64,000 nucleotides of DNA, taken from assembly GCA_963831105.1 (NCBI GenBank), contig CAWHOS010000006.1, forward strand, positions 39,107 through 103,106, written 5' to 3'. The notes beneath the pieces are model-generated. The model was not told where the DNA came from and searched no databases. It worked only from the letters and a program-made list of their open reading frames with translations. The position numbers were made by a program, and so were the translations under genes. The stretch comes from an uncultured Solirubrobacteraceae bacterium (GTDB taxonomy: Bacteria; Actinomycetota; Thermoleophilia; Solirubrobacterales; Solirubrobacteraceae). The stretch's first letter is position 1. Every line of letters starts with the position of its first letter. Below are positions 1 through 9,776 of the stretch, piece by piece.

Positions 1-739
1 CGCCCCGATCGTCGCCGTGACGTTCGCCGTCGTCGTAGCCGGGCTCTATCTCGTGTTCCGGCGGCAGTTGCACGTCAGCCCGCAGGCGCGCTCGCGGGTC
101 ATGGACCTCGATCCCGCCAGCGCGATCGAGGACATGGACGAGCTCAAGCGCACGGTCCCTGTCCTCGTCGCGACGATCCTCGCCTTCTTCGCCCACCAGG
201 CGCTTCACATCGAGCCGGCGACCGTCGCGATGGCGGGGGCGACGGTGATGCTGTTCGCGAGCCGGGCGCCGCTGGAGCGCTCACTCGCGTCGATCGAATG
301 GCCGACGCTGTTCTTCTTCATCGGGCTGTTCGTTCTCGTCGGCGCGCTGGAGGAGCGCGGCGCCATCGACGAGGTCGCCCACGGCATCGCATCGCTCACC
401 GACGGCGACCGCACCGCCGAGCTGCTCGGCATCGCCTGGGCCTCCGCGCTCGGCTCGGCGGTCGTGGACAACATCCCCTTCACCGCCGCGATGATCCCCG
501 TCGTCGACTCGCTGCAGGGAGGAGGAGACGACGACGCCTACTGGTGGGCGCTCGCCCTCGGTGCCTGCTTCGGAGGCAACGCGACGCTCATCGCCGCCGC
601 GGCCAACGTCGCCGCAGCAGGCCTCGCCGCCCGCGCCGGCCGCCCGATCGGCTTCATGTACTTCCTGCGCATCGGCACCACGACCATGCTCGCCTCGATG
701 GTGCTCGTGACCGCCTACCTGGCGCTGCGCTACCTCTAG
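1..739 (+). CDS. ArsB/NhaD-superfamily permease, C-terminal part (5' end outside window)
   Basis: ORF 17..739 is open to the window edge. Polytopic hydrophobic protein with VDNIPFTAAMIPV and GGNATLIAAAANV segments typical of ArsB/NhaD-type permeases. Confidence 0.7.
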   Translation, partial: APIVAVTFAVVVAGLYLVFRRQLHVSPQARSRVMDLDPASAIEDMDELKRTVPVLVATILAFFAHQALHIEPATVAMAGATVMLFASRAPLERSLASIEWPTLFFFIGLFVLVGALEERGAIDEVAHGIASLTDGDRTAELLGIAWASALGSAVVDNIPFTAAMIPVVDSLQGGGDDDAYWWALALGACFGGNATLIAAAANVAAAGLAARAGRPIGFMYFLRIGTTTMLASMVLVTAYLALRYL

Positions 740-833
740 CGCCAGGGGCGGCGAGCGCGAACGAAAGAAATGCGGCAAGCTGGCGCCGGCAGACGTCCGG
801 CAGGGGCCGGGCTCCGACCGTCCGGGAGGCCTC

Positions 834-2276
834 GTGGAAGCGATCGAGCCGGCATATGGCACCGTAACCCTGCTGCTCATCGCCGCAGCAGCCGTCGCCC
901 TTCTGCTGTTCCTGATCATGAAGGTGAAGCTGCATGCCTTCGTGGCGCTCGTGCTGGTGAGCGTGCTGACGGCGGTGGCGGCCGGGATCCCGGTGGGCGA
1001 CGTCCCCGACGCGCTGCTGTTCGGGTTCGCAGACACCATCGGCTCGGTGGCCCTGCTCGTCGGCTTCGGCGTCATGATCGGGCGGCTCCTCGAAGTCACC
1101 GGTGGCGCTCAGGTGCTCGCGGACACGCTCATCAACCGGTTCGGCGAGAAGCGGGCTCCGATGGCGCTGGGCGTCGCGGCGCTGCTCTTCGGCTTCCCGA
1201 TCTTCTTCGACGCCGGCCTGGTCGTCTTCCTGCCGATCATCATGACGGTGGCGCGCCGCTTCGGCGGGTCGCTCCTGCTGTATGCGCTGCCGGCCGCCGG
1301 GGCCTTCGCCGCCATGCACGCGCTTGTCCCGCCACACCCCGGACCCGTCGCTGCCGCTGAAGCGCTCGAGGCCGACATCGGCCTGACTCTGCTCGTCGGC
1401 GTCCCGATCGCCGTCGTGTCGTGGTACTTCGGCGTCCTGCTCGTCTCCCGCGTGCTGGGGCGCCGCGTGTACGTCGACATCCCCGAGGCCCTGTTCGGCC
1501 ACGTGAACGGCGGCCGCGACGAGGACGCGGAGCGCGAGCCCGCCGCCGCCGGCGCCGGCGCCGATCCAGAAGGACGCGCACCGGCCCGGACGCCACCGGC
1601 CTTCTGGACAGTCCTCGCACTGCTGCTGCTCCCGTTGGTGCTGATCTCCTTCAACACGGTGCTCGACACCCTCATGACCGCCGGCACGATCGAGGAGGAC
1701 GCCGGCTGGGCGGAGCACCTCATGCTGCTCGGCGACACCACGATCGCCCTGCTCATCACGGTCCTCGCGGCGATCTTCGTCCTGGGCCGGCGCGACCGCT
1801 CGATGGCCGACGTCAGCACGATCCTCGACAAGTCCCTGGGTCCGATCTGCTCGATCATCCTGATCACCGGCGCCGGGGGGATGTTCGGCGGCGTCTTGGA
1901 ATTGAGCGGCATCGGCACGGCGTTGAGCGAGTCGCTCTCGGACCTCGGGATGTCGCTGATCTTCCAGGCCTTCATCATCGCCACCTTGCTTCGCGTCGCG
2001 CAGGGCTCGGCCACCGTCGCCCTGACGACGGCCGCAGGTCTGCTCGGCCCGGCCGCGGCAGCGGCGGACCTCGGCCAGTTCCAGCTCACGCTGCTCGTGA
2101 TGGCCATCGCCGCCGGCGCGACCGTGCTCTCCCACGTCAACGACTCGGGCTTCTGGCTGGTCAGCCGGTTCTTCGGCATGGACGAGAAGACGACACTGAA
2201 GACGTGGACGGTGATGGAGACGACCCTCGGCCTCACCGCCTTCGTGATCAGCCTGGCGTTGTGGGCCGTGGCGTGA
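834..2276 (+). CDS. gntP: GntP-family gluconate:H+ symporter
   Basis: 480-aa polytopic ORF with a GntP-like N terminus and the HVNDSGFW motif. GGGAGG lies upstream of the GTG start. Its stop is 1 nt before the gluconokinase start. Confidence 0.8.
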   Translation: MEAIEPAYGTVTLLLIAAAAVALLLFLIMKVKLHAFVALVLVSVLTAVAAGIPVGDVPDALLFGFADTIGSVALLVGFGVMIGRLLEVTGGAQVLADTLINRFGEKRAPMALGVAALLFGFPIFFDAGLVVFLPIIMTVARRFGGSLLLYALPAAGAFAAMHALVPPHPGPVAAAEALEADIGLTLLVGVPIAVVSWYFGVLLVSRVLGRRVYVDIPEALFGHVNGGRDEDAEREPAAAGAGADPEGRAPARTPPAFWTVLALLLLPLVLISFNTVLDTLMTAGTIEEDAGWAEHLMLLGDTTIALLITVLAAIFVLGRRDRSMADVSTILDKSLGPICSIILITGAGGMFGGVLELSGIGTALSESLSDLGMSLIFQAFIIATLLRVAQGSATVALTTAAGLLGPAAAAADLGQFQLTLLVMAIAAGATVLSHVNDSGFWLVSRFFGMDEKTTLKTWTVMETTLGLTAFVISLALWAVA

Positions 2277-2277
2277 C

Positions 2278-2802
2278 ATGGCCGAATCGCGCTCGGGCCT
2301 GACCCGGCACCTGATCGTCATGGGCGTAGCGGGCGTCGGCAAGTCGACGATCGCGCGGCGTCTCGCGGACGACCTCGAGCTCGAGATGGCCGAGGGCGAC
2401 GACTTCCACCCCCGCGCCAACATCGAGAAGATGTCCTCCGGCCGGCCGTTGACCGACGAGGATCGCTGGCCATGGCTCGAAGCACTCGCGGACTGGACCG
2501 CGCAGAGGCGGGCGGCGGGGCAGAGCACGGTGCTCACCTGCTCCGCCTTGAGAAGGGCCTATCGAGACGTCCTGCGCCGACCCGATCCGGACTCCTTCTT
2601 CGTGCACCTGTACGGCGACGAGGGCCTGCTGCGCGAGCGGATGGCGTCACGGCAGCACTTCATGCCGGCCTCGCTGCTCAGGTCCCAGTTCGAGACCCTC
2701 GAGCCCCTGGAGCCGGACGAGAGCGGCATCGCCGTCGACACCGGAGCGTCGGTAGAGGCCATCGCCGAGCGGGTCGAAGCCGCCCTGCAGATCACCAGAT
2801 GA
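2278..2802 (+). CDS. gntK: gluconokinase
   Basis: P-loop GVAGVGKST, followed by DDFHP..NIEKM..GRPLTDEDRWPWL, which is characteristic of GntK/IdnK. Adjacent to gntP. Confidence 0.85.
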   Translation: MAESRSGLTRHLIVMGVAGVGKSTIARRLADDLELEMAEGDDFHPRANIEKMSSGRPLTDEDRWPWLEALADWTAQRRAAGQSTVLTCSALRRAYRDVLRRPDPDSFFVHLYGDEGLLRERMASRQHFMPASLLRSQFETLEPLEPDESGIAVDTGASVEAIAERVEAALQITR

Positions 2803-2930
2803 ACCCGAACGCCTCGGCTCCACGGTAATCCGGATCGCGACACGGCGGTCGCCATGAAGTACGCCTTGCGCGGTGCAGCGGAGTCGTCGGGCGCCTCATC
2901 GAGCATTCGGCCGAGTCGAACGTACGCGCC

Positions 2931-2949
2931 GTCACCCGATCGGGATGAC
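2931..2949. promoter_or_regulatory. imperfect palindrome GTCACCCGATCGGGATGAC (GGATGA-box family)
   Basis: Perfect inner palindrome CCCGATCGGG flanked by TCA/TGA arms, 67 nt upstream of the zwf ATG. It belongs to the recurrent motif described in the findings. Confidence 0.35.
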
Positions 2950-3015
2950 GCGTGACGGCGGCGCGCGATCGACGATCCACGGGTGCATCGTCGCTCTCCC
3001 GAAGGAAGGGCTCCT

Positions 3016-4455
3016 ATGAGCACCGCGGAACGACCTCGTCAGCGGACGCGCGGGATCCGAGACGCTGCGGACACGCCACAGCCGGCGGACGTGCTCGTGG
3101 TCTTCGGCATCACCGGCGACCTCGCGAAGCAGATGACCCTCCACTCGCTCTACCGGCTGGAGGCGCGCGGCCTGCTGAGCTGTCCGATCGTCGGCGTCGC
3201 CGTCGACGACTGGACCGTCGAGGATCTGCGCGAGCGCGCCCGCCAGGCGATCGTCGCATCGGGCGAGCGGCTGGATCCGGACGTGTTCGACCGTTTCGCC
3301 GCCCGCCTCTCCTACCTGGCAGGTGACTTCGCGGATCGGGCGACCTTCGAGCGGCTGGCAGCGCTGCTCGCCGAGGCTCGCAGTCCGGTCTTCTACCTCG
3401 AGATCCCGCCCTTCCTGTTCGGCGCCGTCGTGAAGGGGCTGGCGGACGTGGGGTTGACCCAGGGGGCGCGGGTCGTCGTCGAGAAGCCGTTCGGCCACGA
3501 CCTCGACTCCGCCCGCGCGCTCGCGGCCGAGATGCACGAGCACCTCGACGAGCGCCAGCTCTACCGGATCGACCACTACCTCGGCAAGCTGGGCCTCGCC
3601 GAGATCCTGCGACTTCGCTTCGCGAACGCGATCGTCGAGCCGGTCTGGCATCGCCATCACGTCGCGAGCGTCCAGATCACGATGGCCGAGAGCTTCGGCG
3701 TCGAGGACCGCGGGCACTTCTACGACCCGGTCGGCGCACTCCGCGACGTCGTGGTCAACCACCTCATGCAGATCGTCGGCGCGGCCGCGATGGAACCCCC
3801 GGCCGCGCGGGATCCCGACACGCTCAAGAACGCCCTGGTGGCCGTCTTCCACGCGATGCCGCCGGGCGATCCGGCGCAGTACGTCCGCGGCCAGCACGAC
3901 GGGTACCGGGAGATCGAGGGAGTCGCGGCGGACTCGACGACCGAGACCTTCGCCGCGATGCGCCTGGAGGTCGACACGTGGCGCTGGTCGGGCGTGCCGT
4001 TCCTCATTCGCACGGGCAAGCACCTGCCCGCCACACAGACGGAGTTGCGGCTCGTCTTCAAGCGACCTCCGCGCCTCGGGTACGACCACCGCAAGACGCC
4101 GGATGCCAATCAGCTGGTCATCAGGCTGGACCCCTCGACCGGCGTGCGGCTCACGCTCGACGCCGAGCGCGGCGAGCCCGCGGGCCCTGAGACGATCAAC
4201 CTCGACAAGGACCTCGGCACGGAGGGCGGGAACGTCCCGGCCCCGTACGAGGTGCTGCTGCACGCCGCGATGCGGGGCGACAGCACGCGCTTCAAGCGCC
4301 AGGACGGGGTCGAGGAGGCATGGCGGGTGATGGAGCCGCTCGTCAGCGCGCCGCCGCCCGTCCACCCCTACGCCAAGGGAACGTGGGGGCCGGCGGAGGC
4401 CAATCGCCTCGTCGCCGGCCACGGCCGCTGGCACGAGCCCTGGACGACCTCATGA
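3016..4455 (+). CDS. zwf: glucose-6-phosphate dehydrogenase
   Basis: FGITGDLA dinucleotide-binding motif and RIDHYLGK active-site motif. GAAGGAAGGG lies before ATG 3016. The ORF is open from 2983. Confidence 0.9.
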   Translation: MSTAERPRQRTRGIRDAADTPQPADVLVVFGITGDLAKQMTLHSLYRLEARGLLSCPIVGVAVDDWTVEDLRERARQAIVASGERLDPDVFDRFAARLSYLAGDFADRATFERLAALLAEARSPVFYLEIPPFLFGAVVKGLADVGLTQGARVVVEKPFGHDLDSARALAAEMHEHLDERQLYRIDHYLGKLGLAEILRLRFANAIVEPVWHRHHVASVQITMAESFGVEDRGHFYDPVGALRDVVVNHLMQIVGAAAMEPPAARDPDTLKNALVAVFHAMPPGDPAQYVRGQHDGYREIEGVAADSTTETFAAMRLEVDTWRWSGVPFLIRTGKHLPATQTELRLVFKRPPRLGYDHRKTPDANQLVIRLDPSTGVRLTLDAERGEPAGPETINLDKDLGTEGGNVPAPYEVLLHAAMRGDSTRFKRQDGVEEAWRVMEPLVSAPPPVHPYAKGTWGPAEANRLVAGHGRWHEPWTTS

Positions 4456-6042
4456 GCCATTACGACGTGATCGTGATCGGCAGCGGGGCGGGTGGCGGCA
4501 CGCTCGTGCGACACCTCGCCCCCTCGGGCAAGCGCGTGCTCCTGCTCGAACGCGGGGACTGGCTCGCGCGCGAACCGCAGAACTGGCAGGCGCACCCCGT
4601 CTTCGTCGACAACCGCTACGTGTCCCCGGACACCTGGTACGACGAGCGCGGCCAGGCTTTCCAGCCGCAGGTGCACTACTTCGTCGGGGGCGCCACGAAG
4701 CTCTACGGCGCGGCGCTGTACCGGCTGCGGGAGGAGGACTTCGGCGACCTCCGCCACCACGACGGGATCTCGCCCGCGTGGCCGATCGCGTACGAGCAGA
4801 TGGAGCCGTACTACACGCTCGCCGAGCAGCTCTACGAGGTACACGGCGTGCGCGGCGAGGACCCGACCGAGCCGCCCGCCTCCGCGCCGTACCCGCACCC
4901 CGCGGTGAGCCACGAGCCGCGCATCCAGCAGCTGTCCGACGATCTCGCGGCGGCCGGGCTCCAGCCCTTCCACGCGCCGTGCGGCGTCCGCCTCGCCGAG
5001 CGCGACATGCCACACAGCCACTGCGTGCGGTGCGCCACCTGCGACGGCTTCCCGTGCCTGGTGCATGCGAAGTCGGACGCCGAGGTGCTCTGCGTGCGGC
5101 CGGCGCTCGAGCGCACCAACGTGACGATGCTCACCAACGCCGAGGCGGTCCGGCTCGAGACCACTCCGGACGGCCGCGAGGTCACGGGCGTCGTGGTCGA
5201 CCGTGCCGGCGAGCGCGAGACGTTCACCGGGGACGTGGTGGTCGTCTCCTGCGGCGCCGCCAACAGCGCGCGGCTGCTGCTCGCCTCGGCGAGCGAGGCG
5301 CATCCCGCGGGGCTCGCGAACGGGTCGGACCAGGTCGGCCGCAACTACATGTTCCACAACAGCCAGGCGGTGCTGGCGCTGTCCAAGGAAGAGAACCCGA
5401 CCGTCTTCCAGAAGACGCTCGGGCTCAACGACTTCTACTTCGGCTCGCGCGACTTCGACCACCCCCTGGGCAACATCCAGATGGTCGGGAAGTCCTCCGC
5501 GGACATGTATCGCGGCGAGAAGCCGCTCCAGACCCGCCTGGCGCCGCAGCACACGCTGGAGGCCGTCGCCCGGCACGCGGTCGACTTCTGGCTCTCGACG
5601 GAGGACCTTCCGAGCCCGGGTAACCGCGTCACGCTCCGTGACGACGGGGCGATCCAGCTCAGCTACGCGCCGTCCAACCAGGAGCCGAAGAAGCGGCTGC
5701 TGCACGAGCTCAAGTCGCTGCTGGGGCGGCTCGGCATGCACCACGACCACCTGGTGCCGCGACACGCGTACCTCAAGAACGACATCCCCGTCGCGGGCTG
5801 CGCGCACCAGGCCGGCACGTGCCGGTTCGGCGCCGAACCCGCGTCGTCGGTCCTGAACACCGACTGTCGCGCGCACGAGGTCGACAACCTCTACGTCGTC
5901 GACACGAGCTTCTTCCCGAGCATCGGTGCCGTGAACCCGGCACTGACGGCGATGGCGAACGCGCTGCGCGTCGGGCGACCACCTCCTCGACCGGATGGGC
6001 GCGCGCCGTCCCGATCGGACGGTGAGCCAGCATGTCGCGTGA
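4452..6042 (+). CDS. GMC-family FAD oxidoreductase with an apparent +1 frameshift near 5976
   Basis: The start overlaps the zwf stop (ATGA). Contains DVIVIGSGAGGG. The family-typical C terminus ALRVG-DHLLDRMG is only obtained by skipping nt 5976. The repaired frame stops at 6040-6042, overlapping the ndh start. As read, the ORF runs to 6140. Confidence 0.75.
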
Positions 6043-7363
6043 CAACGGCGGAACGGGCCGGCACGTCGTGGTCGTCGGCGGCGGCTTCGCCGGCGTGGGC
6101 TGCGTCAAGCGGCTCGCGGGCGAGGATGGCGTCCGGGTGACGCTCATCGACCGCCACAACTACCACCAGTTCCAGCCGCTGCTCTACCAGGTGGCGACCT
6201 CGCAGCTGGCCTCCAGCGACATCGCGTTCTCGCTGCGCAAGCTGTTCCGCCGCCACGAGAACGTCGACGTCAAGCTCGGCGAGGTCGTCGAGATCGACCC
6301 GGCGAACCGCAGCGTCACGCTCGCCGACGGCGATCGCTTCGCGGGCGACGCGCTGGTGGTGGCGGCGGGATCGCGGCCGAACTTCTTCCGCACCCCCGGG
6401 GCCGAGGAGCACGCGCTGCCGCTCTACTCGCTCGACGACGCGACGCGCTTGCGCTCGCGGATCCTCGAGGTGTTCGAGGCGGCCGATCGCGATCCGGCGC
6501 TCCTGGACCAGGGCGCGCTCACGTTCGTCGTGGTCGGAGGCGGCCCGACGGGCGTCGAGCTGGCCGGCGCGCTCGCCGACCTGATCGCGGAGACGATGAC
6601 GGCCGAGTACCACCACCTGGCGGTCAGCGCGGCGCAGATCCACCTGGTCGACCTCGGGCACACGCTGCTCGGCCCGTTCTCGGATCGCGCGCACGACTAC
6701 GCCGCCAGGATCCTCGGCCGAAAGGGCGTCCGGCTGCACCTGGGCGTCGCGGTCACCGAGGTCGGCCCGGGGCACGTCTCGCTCGCGGACGGCTCGACGA
6801 TCCGCACACGCTGCGTGGTGTGGGGCGGAGGGATCCAGGCACCCGCGGTCGCGGCGACGGGTGGACTCCCGCGCGGGCGCGGCGGGCGGGTCGAGGTCCA
6901 GCCGGACCTCACGGTGGCGGGCGCGCCCGGCGTCTACGCGATCGGCGACATGGCCAACATCCCGGGTCCCGACGGCACCGCCCAGCCGCAGCTCGGCTCG
7001 GTCGCGCTGCAGAGCGGCAGGTCGGCGGCGGAGAACATCCTGGCCGAGGCCGCGGGCAAGCCGCGCAAGCCGTTCCACTACCACGACAAGGGCATCATGG
7101 CGATGATCGGCCGCGGCGCGGCGATCGCCGAGGTCGGCGCGCACCGACATGAGCTGCACGGGGCGATCGCGTTCTCCGCCTGGCTCGGCGTCCACGCCTC
7201 GCTCATGACCGGCGTCCGTAACCGCATCGACGCGTTCGTCGACTGGGGCTGGGACTACTTCACCGAGGCGCGCGGCCCCCAGATACTCGACCGGCCGGAC
7301 ACGGCGGCGATCCACTGGGACGAGGACATGACGCCCGAGCGCGAGCCCGCCGCCACGCCGTGA
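6032..7363 (+). CDS. ndh: type II NADH dehydrogenase (NDH-2)
   Basis: Two Rossmann motifs, VVVVGGGFAG and VVVGGGPTGVELAG, plus the GDMA motif (YAIGDMANI). 443 aa, intact. Confidence 0.85.
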   Translation: MSRDNGGTGRHVVVVGGGFAGVGCVKRLAGEDGVRVTLIDRHNYHQFQPLLYQVATSQLASSDIAFSLRKLFRRHENVDVKLGEVVEIDPANRSVTLADGDRFAGDALVVAAGSRPNFFRTPGAEEHALPLYSLDDATRLRSRILEVFEAADRDPALLDQGALTFVVVGGGPTGVELAGALADLIAETMTAEYHHLAVSAAQIHLVDLGHTLLGPFSDRAHDYAARILGRKGVRLHLGVAVTEVGPGHVSLADGSTIRTRCVVWGGGIQAPAVAATGGLPRGRGGRVEVQPDLTVAGAPGVYAIGDMANIPGPDGTAQPQLGSVALQSGRSAAENILAEAAGKPRKPFHYHDKGIMAMIGRGAAIAEVGAHRHELHGAIAFSAWLGVHASLMTGVRNRIDAFVDWGWDYFTEARGPQILDRPDTAAIHWDEDMTPEREPAATP

Positions 7364-8744
7364 CGCACCTGGTCGTGCCCTTGGCCTCGACGCTCGAGGC
7401 GGCGCGGAGCCAGATGGCGTTCACGCTCGGGTTCCACATCATCCTGGCCTCCGTGGGCGTCGCCCTCCCGGCGATCATGCTGATCGCCAACCACCGCGGC
7501 CTGCGCCGCAACGATGCGGACGCGCTGCTGCTCGCGCGCCGCTGGTCGAAGGTGGTCGCGGTGACGTTCGCGGTCGGAGCCGTGACCGGGACGGTGCTCT
7601 CGTTCGAGTTCGGCCTGCTGTGGCCGGAGTTCACCGGCCGCTTCGGCGAGGTCTTCGGCGTGCTGTTCGCGATCGAGGGGATCTTCTTCTTCCTCGAGGC
7701 GATCTTCGTCGCGATCTACATCTTCGGCTGGGAGCGGCTGTCCCCGTGGACGCACTTCTGGGCGGGGATGCCGATCCCGATCTGCGGGCTCGGCGGCGCC
7801 TTCTCGGTCGTGGCCGTCAACTCGTGGATGAACCAGCCGCAGGGCTTCACGATGTCGACCGGCGGCGAGGTCACGGACGTCGACCCGCTGAAGGTGATCT
7901 TCAACCCGGCCGTGCCGTACGAGGTGCCGCACATGATCCTCGCGGCGTACCTCGTCACCGGGTTCCTGGTCGCCTCGGTCTACGCCGTCGGCATGCTCCG
8001 TGGCCGGCGCGACCGCTATCACCGGCTCGGCCTGCTGATCCCGCTCACGGTCGCCTGCATCCTCGCGCCGATCCAGTTCGCGGTCGGCGACACCGCGGCG
8101 CGCGCGATCGCCAAGGACCAGCCGATCAAGTTCGCCGCGATGGAGTGCGTGCAGACGACCTCCACGCACGTGACGGAGTACATCTACGGCCGCTGCACGC
8201 CCGACGGCGTCAAGGGCGGGATCGGCATCCCCGGCCTCGACTCGTTCCTGGTCGGCTGCAGCACCGACACCGAGGTGATCGGCCTCGACACCGTGCCGCC
8301 GGAGGACCGGCCGCCGGCGAACACGATGCTGCACTGGGCGTTCGACACGATGGTCGGGCATCGGCACCGCGATGCTCGCGCTCGGGCTGTGGCTCGGCGT
8401 GGCGTGGTGGCGGCGGCGCGACATCCCGCAGACGAAGTGGTTCCTGCGCGCGGTCGCCGTCTCGGGCGTGGCGGCGATCGTCGCGCTCGAGTGCGGCTGG
8501 ATCGTCACCGAGGTCGGGCGGCAGCCGTGGATCGTCTACGAGGTGATGCGCACGGAGGACGCGGTCACGCAGGCGGACGGCGTCTGGGTGACGTTCGCGC
8601 TCGTGATCGGCGCTGTACGCCGCGCTCGGCGTGGCGCTCGTGGTCACCCTGCGCGCGATGGCACGGCGCTGGCGCGCCGCCGACGAGGACGACTCCGAGG
8701 TGCCCTACGGCCCGTCCGGGCCGCCGGCCGAGGCGCGGCGATGA
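7360..8744 (+). pseudogene. cydA: cytochrome bd oxidase subunit I, two frame disruptions (about 8359 and 8612)
   Basis: CydA-like sequence runs through three frames: ...FDTMVG, then IGTAMLALGLW...GRQPWIVY...ALVIG, then LYAALGVALVV...AEARR-stop. The GTG start overlaps the ndh stop (GTGA). Confidence 0.8.
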
Positions 8745-9773
8745 GCAGCGCCGACGCCGTGGCGGCCGTGCTGTGGATCGGCGTGACGGCGTACGCCGTG
8801 TTCGGCGGCGCGGACTTCGGCGCGGGATTCTGGAGCCTGGTCGCCGGGCGCGGCGAGCGCGGCGCGCCGCGCGCGCGAGCTGATCGACTGGGCGATCGGG
8901 CCCGTCTGGGAGGCCAACCACGTGTGGCTGATCTTCGTGCTCGTGGTGCTCTGGACGGGCTTCTCGACCGCGTTCGCGTCGATCTTCTCGACGCTGTTCA
9001 TCCCGCTCAGCCTGGCGGCGCTCGGGATCGTGCTGCGCGGCTCGGGCTTCGCGTTCCACAAGACGGCGCGGCGACTGCGGGGCGCGCGGCTCGCCGAGCG
9101 GCTCTTCGGGCTCTCCTCGCTGCTGACGCCGTTCTTCATGGGCACGGTCGTCGGCGCGGTCGCGGGCGGCGAGGTGCCGGTCGGCAACGCCGCCGGCGAT
9201 CCTGTGGCGAGCTGGCTCAACCCGCTCTCGCTGCTGATCGGCGCGCTCTTCGTCGCCGCCTCGGCGTACCTCGCGGCCGTGTTCCTCGTCAGCGACGCGC
9301 GCCGCGCCGGCGTGCCACGGACCTCGAGCGCTACTTCGCTGCGCGCGCGCTCGGCGCCGCCGTCGTGGCGGGCGCGCTCGCGGTCGCCGGGATCGTCGCG
9401 CTGCGCGCCGACGCGCGCTTCGTCTACGACGGCCTCACGAGCGACGGGCTCCCGCTGGTCATCGTGTCCGCCGCTGTGCGGCGTCGCCGTGCTCGTCCTG
9501 CTCCGGCGCGGCGCGCGGCGAGGGGCCCGGCCGCTCGCCGTGGGCGCCGTCGCCGCCGTCGTGAGCGGCTGGGGCGTCGCGCAGCACCCGTACCTGCTCC
9601 CGCAGACGCTCACGATCGACGACGCAGCGGCGCCGAGCGCCACGCTCACGGCCGTGTTGATCGTCTTCGGCATCGCGATCGTGCTGGTGATCCCGTCGCT
9701 CGCCCTGCTGTACACGCTCGCGCAGCGAGACCTGATCGCCGAGGGCGACGCCCCCGGCGCCCGACCGAGGTGA
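8741..9773 (+). pseudogene. cydB: cytochrome bd oxidase subunit II, three frame disruptions (8862-8877, about 9317, 9473)
   Basis: The ATG overlaps the cydA stop (ATGA). CydB-like segments are FGGADFGAGFW, then ELIDWAIGPVWEANHVWLIF..., then DLERYFAARALG..., then LCGVAVLVLL...YTLAQRDL, lying in alternating frames. Confidence 0.75.
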
Positions 9774-9776
9774 CGC

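Noticed and set aside
2932-2949. Identical ...PIG-stop ORF endings at 2932 (antisense of zwf upstream region) and 24689 (AI-2E gene), which could suggest a shared protein motif
   Set aside because: The similarity is explained by the shared DNA palindrome CCCGATCGGG of the regulatory motif. The 2932..4434 ORF is not a credible gene.
2803-3015. Rex operator (TTGTGAA-N4-TTCACAA type) upstream of the ndh-cyd containing operon
   Set aside because: No such sequence is present. The only palindrome is the GGATGA-box variant at 2931-2949.
654-8508. Long minus-strand ORFs antisense to gntP, zwf, the GMC gene, ndh and cydA (654..2537, 2932..4434, 4368..5876, 5891..7315, 7255..8508)
   Set aside because: Their translations are dominated by R, A, G, P, D and E with no recognisable motifs. 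Each is the mirror of a well-supported plus-strand gene. This is a typical GC-bias artefact.
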